Source: Seison nebaliae
Lineage: Eukaryota
Reading direction: 5' to 3'
DNA length: 64,000 nucleotides
Assembly: GCA_023231475.1 (NCBI GenBank)
Contig: JALJEE010001228.1
Span: 1 to 64,000 of the forward strand
Made by a program: the position numbers and the translations under genes. Position 1 is the stretch's first letter. Each line of letters starts with the position of its first letter. Under the pieces are notes generated by a model. It saw only the letters and a program-made list of their open reading frames with translations, made no database searches and was not told the DNA's origin. This document shows positions 58,533 through 64,000 of this stretch, one piece after another.

Positions 58533-59616
58533 TCATCTTCTTTTCTATCGATTTCTCCAACAAGAAATATTCTCCTCCTTTTCTCTCTCTCATTTTAATC
58601 CAATTTTCAATTGAATATTATATTTCTAGTTTTCTTTTAATTGGAAATAAACTTGAATTGTCTCCAATCAAATTACTATTAACATATACAAGTTTGGAAT
58701 AGTCATCTTAAATATATCAATAAATTTCTCAAACTAATAAATAATAATTTCGAGACTAATTACAATATAGGTTATTTAAAGTTTCCATTCTACGATTGTA
58801 TGACGGTCGTTCCTTCAATTCTTTTTAAAATTAACCGAGATATAGTTACAAGAAATTGTGTTCAAGAAACAGATTAATGTTCTCATTTTTTCATTAATAT
58901 TCTAATTCTTACAGCCGACAATCATTGCTCTTTTAAATATCCAGTAATATCCAGTCTATACATGTCATAAAAGGATCATTCTAAATGGATGCTTTTTGAT
59001 GTTCTCAAAGTCTTCCTTATAATCGTTTCAAGTTTGATGTGCGTTTCAATCTGGAAACAAACACGAAAAGTCCTCGACAGGGACCATATTCATTTCTCGT
59101 TAATTTCATCGAGTAAAAATACCATATCATTACCATTAAATACCATAAAAAGTTAATTAATATTTTTTGACCTCCAACGATAATTATAACTAGAACATAA
59201 TATATAATAATATATAACATAATTCATTTAAATTATTTTAATATAATTTGTGTAAATCCTTTTAATGACTCTCGGGACTCTCGAGATTTTAATTTCATAA
59301 ATTAATTATAAAAGTGACAGTTTCAAAACATATATTAATAATTAAATGTATCGTTCTAATATGTGCTAAAGTAAGTTCTTTTAATTATAATGGAATGAAA
59401 CTGAAAAAAAGCATCAAATAATTAGATTCTAATTGATTTACGATTTCTAGTGATAGAAAGACGAGTTTTAATATTTAATCGAAGAATAATGTCAATTTAT
59501 GTCAAGATTCCAGTATGACTAAAATGTTTATGTTCAAATTTCCAACCTATTTATCTGGAGAAATATCATAATGTGTAATTGTAGTTTATTGACATATTTG
59601 TTTAAAATATGAATGA

Positions 59617-60774
59617 ATGAGAAGGTCAATACCTTCTAAAAATTCGTCTAACAAAAACGATATGGAAATGTATTATATTCAAATTATCGGTCAATTTAAA
59701 TTTTCATCTCCCGATTTTATTTCATTAGAAATGACGAATTATTCTTTCACAATAGCATCAACCGACCGTCTTCTGATGAGAAATGGCGAATACATGTACT
59801 TGATAGGAACATTGAAAATTAACATAATCGTTTTCAGTGTCGTCAGTATAATTCTTCTTCTTATTTCGTTCTATTATCATACAAAACGGTTTGTGGTCTA
59901 TCGTAACCGATTACATCAAATTCAATTCAACATAAAATCATGTGCTTCTCTAACATATATTCAATTGTTGATACTCTATCGAAATGCATTTTGTTTGTTA
60001 ACTCTATCTGCAATGATAGGAGTGCAAATAATCAACTTAAATAAATTAGATACAGAAGAACTTTGCACCTACTTCGTTTTTCAAATAACTATTGGGAATG
60101 TTTCATTTTTCATAGCACAAATCATGATCAATTTCACAATTCTGGAAATATATAAAATTTTAAAAGACAATAAATCTTCTTTGTATTCCAACGATAATTA
60201 TGAATGTTCGATGGTTATTAAGATTATTAGAATATTTAGAGCACGAGACGCTACAACTTTTGAGAAGGTTGTCGGTAAATTTTCCATCGAAATGACGCTA
60301 CTCACCTTAATCATTACGCTCTTTACTCTAGACGTATTTCAGCGTGGAACATATTTGTGTAATAAAACCGTACCAAACTTTTCACATGCGGAAGATTATT
60401 TTAACTCAATAAAATTATTTGTTGTCACCGCCGTTTTTTGTATCGTCTTGGCCACCATCATTGCCTTATTCGATATTTATGAGAATTCACAATTAAAATT
60501 ACGATTTTTTTGGATCTATCAACAATTATATGCATTCCGTTTTTCTCAAATGCTTTTCTCAACAATCTCGAATCTCATTGAAGCACCGTTATTTTTTTTA
60601 ATTTGGAAATTAAGAGTGAAACCTACAACTTCTGACTCCATAGTAATTCATTCGTTTTTTGTCTTAACAGCAATTGCAAAGGGAACATCTTTCATATGCG
60701 AAACGATCTTTTTTCAAATCATCTCAAAACGACTGAGGAAAATGGCAATTCAAAATCGACAATTCTCCAATTAA
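59617..60774 (+). CDS. Multi-pass membrane protein, divergent 7TM/GPCR-like
   Basis: 385-aa intronless ORF with about seven hydrophobic segments, a Cys before the third segment and a basic helix-8-like tail (IISKRLRK). No DRY/NPxxY motif. Confidence 0.45.
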   Translation: MRRSIPSKNSSNKNDMEMYYIQIIGQFKFSSPDFISLEMTNYSFTIASTDRLLMRNGEYMYLIGTLKINIIVFSVVSIILLLISFYYHTKRFVVYRNRLHQIQFNIKSCASLTYIQLLILYRNAFCLLTLSAMIGVQIINLNKLDTEELCTYFVFQITIGNVSFFIAQIMINFTILEIYKILKDNKSSLYSNDNYECSMVIKIIRIFRARDATTFEKVVGKFSIEMTLLTLIITLFTLDVFQRGTYLCNKTVPNFSHAEDYFNSIKLFVVTAVFCIVLATIIALFDIYENSQLKLRFFWIYQQLYAFRFSQMLFSTISNLIEAPLFFLIWKLRVKPTTSDSIVIHSFFVLTAIAKGTSFICETIFFQIISKRLRKMAIQNRQFSN

Positions 60775-61119
60775 AATTGAGAAACAGAAAATTTCATGCT
60801 TTTATAACATCATCTCAATTTGTTGCAATTTCCATTTTTCATTGGAAGTACTATTCATAAATCATTTTTATTATATTCTCTATTTAAACTTTTTAAATGA
60901 AACTATAACTTCTATTCAACAGGTGAAAGTTTACTCTATCTTAATTGCCAATCCTTATTCTTAATTCGACACAAATTACGTGATAGGATACTCACACGGG
61001 AAGTCTAAAAATTAGTCCGCCAACTGCGTACATAATGGTTTTTTGATTTTCAGCACTCTCACATCATCCTTCCTAATATGTTCTATTCCGTTCAATTCAT
61101 TCATGTTAAATTTCAGAAT

Positions 61120-61715
61120 CAAGGAGCGGAACTCACTTTATAACTCTATAAGTTTTATGATAGGCTCAACCTCTTTTTCTGAGGATTTTATTTTAGGAGC
61201 GGAATTCATACTGTGAAAAACGCTCATTTAGCTCAAAATATATATTTGTGTAAAAAGCGCTCGTGGTGTAAATTAAAAGGGAAATGGATGATTCAGTCAA
61301 TAGCTACAACGTTTATCTTTTATACCCAGGCAATTCACCCAAGATGTTTTTCATGGAATTCGTCGAAATTCCTCCAGCTAATTGGACTCAATTTTTGAAT
61401 ATTTTCAGGAATACTATATAGAGAATGCGAGATATTCTCTGCAATTATGGAACAACGATCAATGCACACTCAAGAGGACATCCCAAGAACCACCAATCTT
61501 TTGGAAGGAAATAATAACGGGTTAAAAATTTTAATACCTCACCACCATCCGACTTGTGCCATGCTTGAAAATTATTCTTAAAAGTGCTTTCAACATGAAA
61601 CGCTCGGAAATAGAAAAAATAGGGTGAGTTCTGCTCCGAACATAGAGTAAGTTCCGCTCCGAAAATAGAAAAAGGGGTGAACTGAAACGATGGTGAGTTC
61701 CACTTCGTAACCCTA
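61120..61715. mobile_element. Possible non-autonomous element with inverted subterminal GGAGCGGAACTCAC motifs
   Basis: Motif on + at ~61122 and ~61196; reverse-complement variants at ~61623, ~61645 and ~61692. It abuts the Tc1 SDEK fragment. Confidence 0.4.
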
Positions 61716-62274
61716 AACTGCTTTTCATCCGAGAAGATTACATGATTCAATTTCGGTGTATTCTTAAGAAAGCCTCTATTCGGACCCGCTCTGCTTTGTG
61801 AGATTGAGAAAGATAGGGCTTATACTTAACCTTCTTTGCTTTGAAATTCGACCATTTTTCTGCCCACTGTTGTCTTGCTATAGCGCACTTTTCCTTCTTT
61901 CTTCAATTGATTTCAACGGAAATTCCTTCATAAATGACCTTAATCGTCTTGTGCCACGCTTTCTATCTGATCACCATTATTTTGGACATCTCCTCTTTTA
62001 CAGCCATTCCCAATTATCGGTCTAAGAAGTTTCTGTCGGTGCGCAACCTCTCTAATAGAATTACCTTCCTGATAAAGATTTAATATAACTTCTTACCTTT
62101 CTTAAAAAAGCTTGATCACGAGCAATTTTAAATAATTAATTTTTTTAATTCAAAATATTTTGAAAAAGTTTACAAAGTAAACGTTAGTGTCCGAACATTC
62201 ATGAGAGAACAATTATTAGCTTTGGATGAATACCTGTAAATTTTCATGTGCGAACATCTATGATACTCTCTGTA
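61716..62274 (-). mobile_element. Degenerate Tc1/mariner DNA transposon remnant
   Basis: Minus-strand fragments KVKYKPYLSQSHKAERVR (61781-61833) and HVIFSDEKQF (first DDE Asp region), broken by a frameshift and stops. Candidate TA-CAG-starting terminus near 62274. Confidence 0.65.
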
Positions 62275-62671
62275 ACTCAACAATATAACCAGAGCCCAAC
62301 TCTATAATACTGACAGTTAAGTTTGACACACGTGAAAATAACATGTGTGGACAGCTATACTCCTAAATTTTTTGCTTAGCGCAGATATGGCGCCAGTTTC
62401 AAAATCTAAAGTAAAGGATAGTTTAATGTTGAAGATTTAGCAAATAACGACAGAAGAAGCAATTATTATGGTAGCAAATTTTGTATTTTATGGTAATATA
62501 TTTTTATAATATTGGTAACACGATTAGTCGTGCACAATACAACTCTATTTGCGTATTAACTGGATGGCTTAGGCTTCGTTGGAATCATTATTCCAGATAA
62601 ACATATCTAATGAACTGCATAAACTGACAGACATATTACGTCTTAAATTTAAAAACCATTGAAAAACTAAG

Positions 62672-62865
62672 TCAAGAACTGTCCTAATTATGAGTTAATA
62701 ACTATCCTTTGGAGAATTCTTATGTACGATTACTATCTTTCCGGTTCAATTTTCAGTCTGTTTTGAAGTTGAGAACTGTCCGAAAAATTATTAAAAAGTT
62801 GAGAACTGTCCGAACGAATAAAAAACTAAGTTGAGAACTGTCCTTTTTTTGGTTGAGAACTGTCT
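62672..62865 (+). repeat. Spaced short direct repeats (AAGTTGAGAACTGTCC)
   Basis: Copies at ~62766, 62796, 62828, 62852 and a partial copy at 62672, separated by short AT-rich spacers. Confidence 0.85.
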
Positions 62866-63610
62866 TCTACAAGATTTTTATATAGAGTTACGCTCTGTCC
62901 CCCAATCCTATGGAGAGATTGTAAAATTCTCTTCAGGATGACCTGATTATTTAAATAAAAAGTTAAACAAGATATTTTTTTTCGATCGGACTGAAGAATT
63001 GACAAGTTTATAGTTGAATAGCAGATTAAACGTGTTAAGTTTTAATGAAAATCCATCGCTAAAACCAAATCATCAAGGAACCTTCTGCTATTTGAGGTCA
63101 AATTTCCTGCCAGCTACATCATTTCTTTTAAAGAACGAGATACACCGAAGAATAAAAATATTACCGTTGAAATGTCCATTAGATAACTTCCGTCTATGTT
63201 TCAATAAAAACCAGTACTAAGAAATAAAAAGATTGGGGGACGTCATACAAACCACTCCACTAGATAAATATCGTTCAATTACCTATGTTTTATTAATTGA
63301 AAATTATAAGTATTACTAAATTTTCAAACTACTAAATTGTTTAAGTTCACTTTTCCAATACCAAATTCCTTTTATTGTAATGTCATTGCCGAAATGAATA
63401 AAGAATTGTTCTGCAAGTTCAAAAAGAAATAATTGTCCTTCGCAATTTTTATCAGGAAATAGAAAAAAAGAAGAAACGAAATTTCATAACTTTTCTTTTC
63501 CTATTAACAATAGACTTTCGACAAACGGTAAAACAATGAGACGATGCATTATTATGTCGTCGGTTACTATGGAGACAAATCTATCATGCTAAATTCGATT
63601 ACATCAATAA

Positions 63611-63940
63611 TTGAAAAGACTAACTTTGACATTTTGTGCACAATTCGAGAATATCGTTATTTACAACACGATGTTTACATCTCTCCAACAAAATCGCTAC
63701 CATTCATCAGATGATATAGCTAAGAAGAGTTTATTTGACGGCAATTCTTATCCTCGAACGAAGGCAGATGAGTTACAGGAGAAATTGAAGAAACTTGAAG
63801 TGCGATATGTTAACGGGAGGAAACTTCATAAAATTGACACGAGCAAATTTGAAAAGTCGAAGAATCGGCAATCACAAAAGAACATTAAAAAATCAATCAA
63901 AAATCCAATAAGATTACCTCCGGTGAATAAGACCAGTTAA
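63611..63940 (+). CDS. Hypothetical small basic protein or terminal exon
   Basis: Open frame with Lys-rich, protein-like composition. No motif recognised; start uncertain. Confidence 0.3.
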   Translation: MKRLTLTFCAQFENIVIYNTMFTSLQQNRYHSSDDIAKKSLFDGNSYPRTKADELQEKLKKLEVRYVNGRKLHKIDTSKFEKSKNRQSQKNIKKSIKNPIRLPPVNKTS

Positions 63941-64000
63941 CATCCGAATAATTTTTTAAATTTTTTTTTCATCCAATAAAGATGTCACGTCGATTGCATT

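Noticed and set aside
62672..62865. CRISPR-like appearance of repeat-spacer units
   Set aside because: Repeats are 16 nt with ~10-16-nt AT-only spacers, there are no cas genes, and the context is eukaryotic.

Overview
This is AT-rich eukaryotic (animal) genomic DNA, not prokaryotic. The gene content and tiny introns suggest a compact invertebrate genome, but the species cannot be assigned from the sequence. I reconstructed spliced models by hand for: a C/EBP-like bZIP factor, a divergent USP-like protease, three tandem type-II membrane Thr/Trp-repeat proteins, a FAM166-like ciliary protein, DYRK1 (possibly about 2,560 aa), an LU/Ly6 GPI protein, SOAT1, NCKAP1, OFD1-like, a pacifastin/VWC-like peptide, a split BTG/Tob protein, a Ras-family GTPase, ACSF3, a 7TM-like protein and a decayed Tc1/mariner. 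The most striking pattern concerns splicing. Of 43 introns placed by reading frame and homology (mostly 40-65 nt), 41 begin GTT, one begins GTC, one is ambiguous GTA/GTT, and none is an unambiguous GTA/GTG donor. This points to a rewired 5' splice-site code and predicts a variant U1 snRNA. All intron calls are manual and need RNA-seq confirmation.
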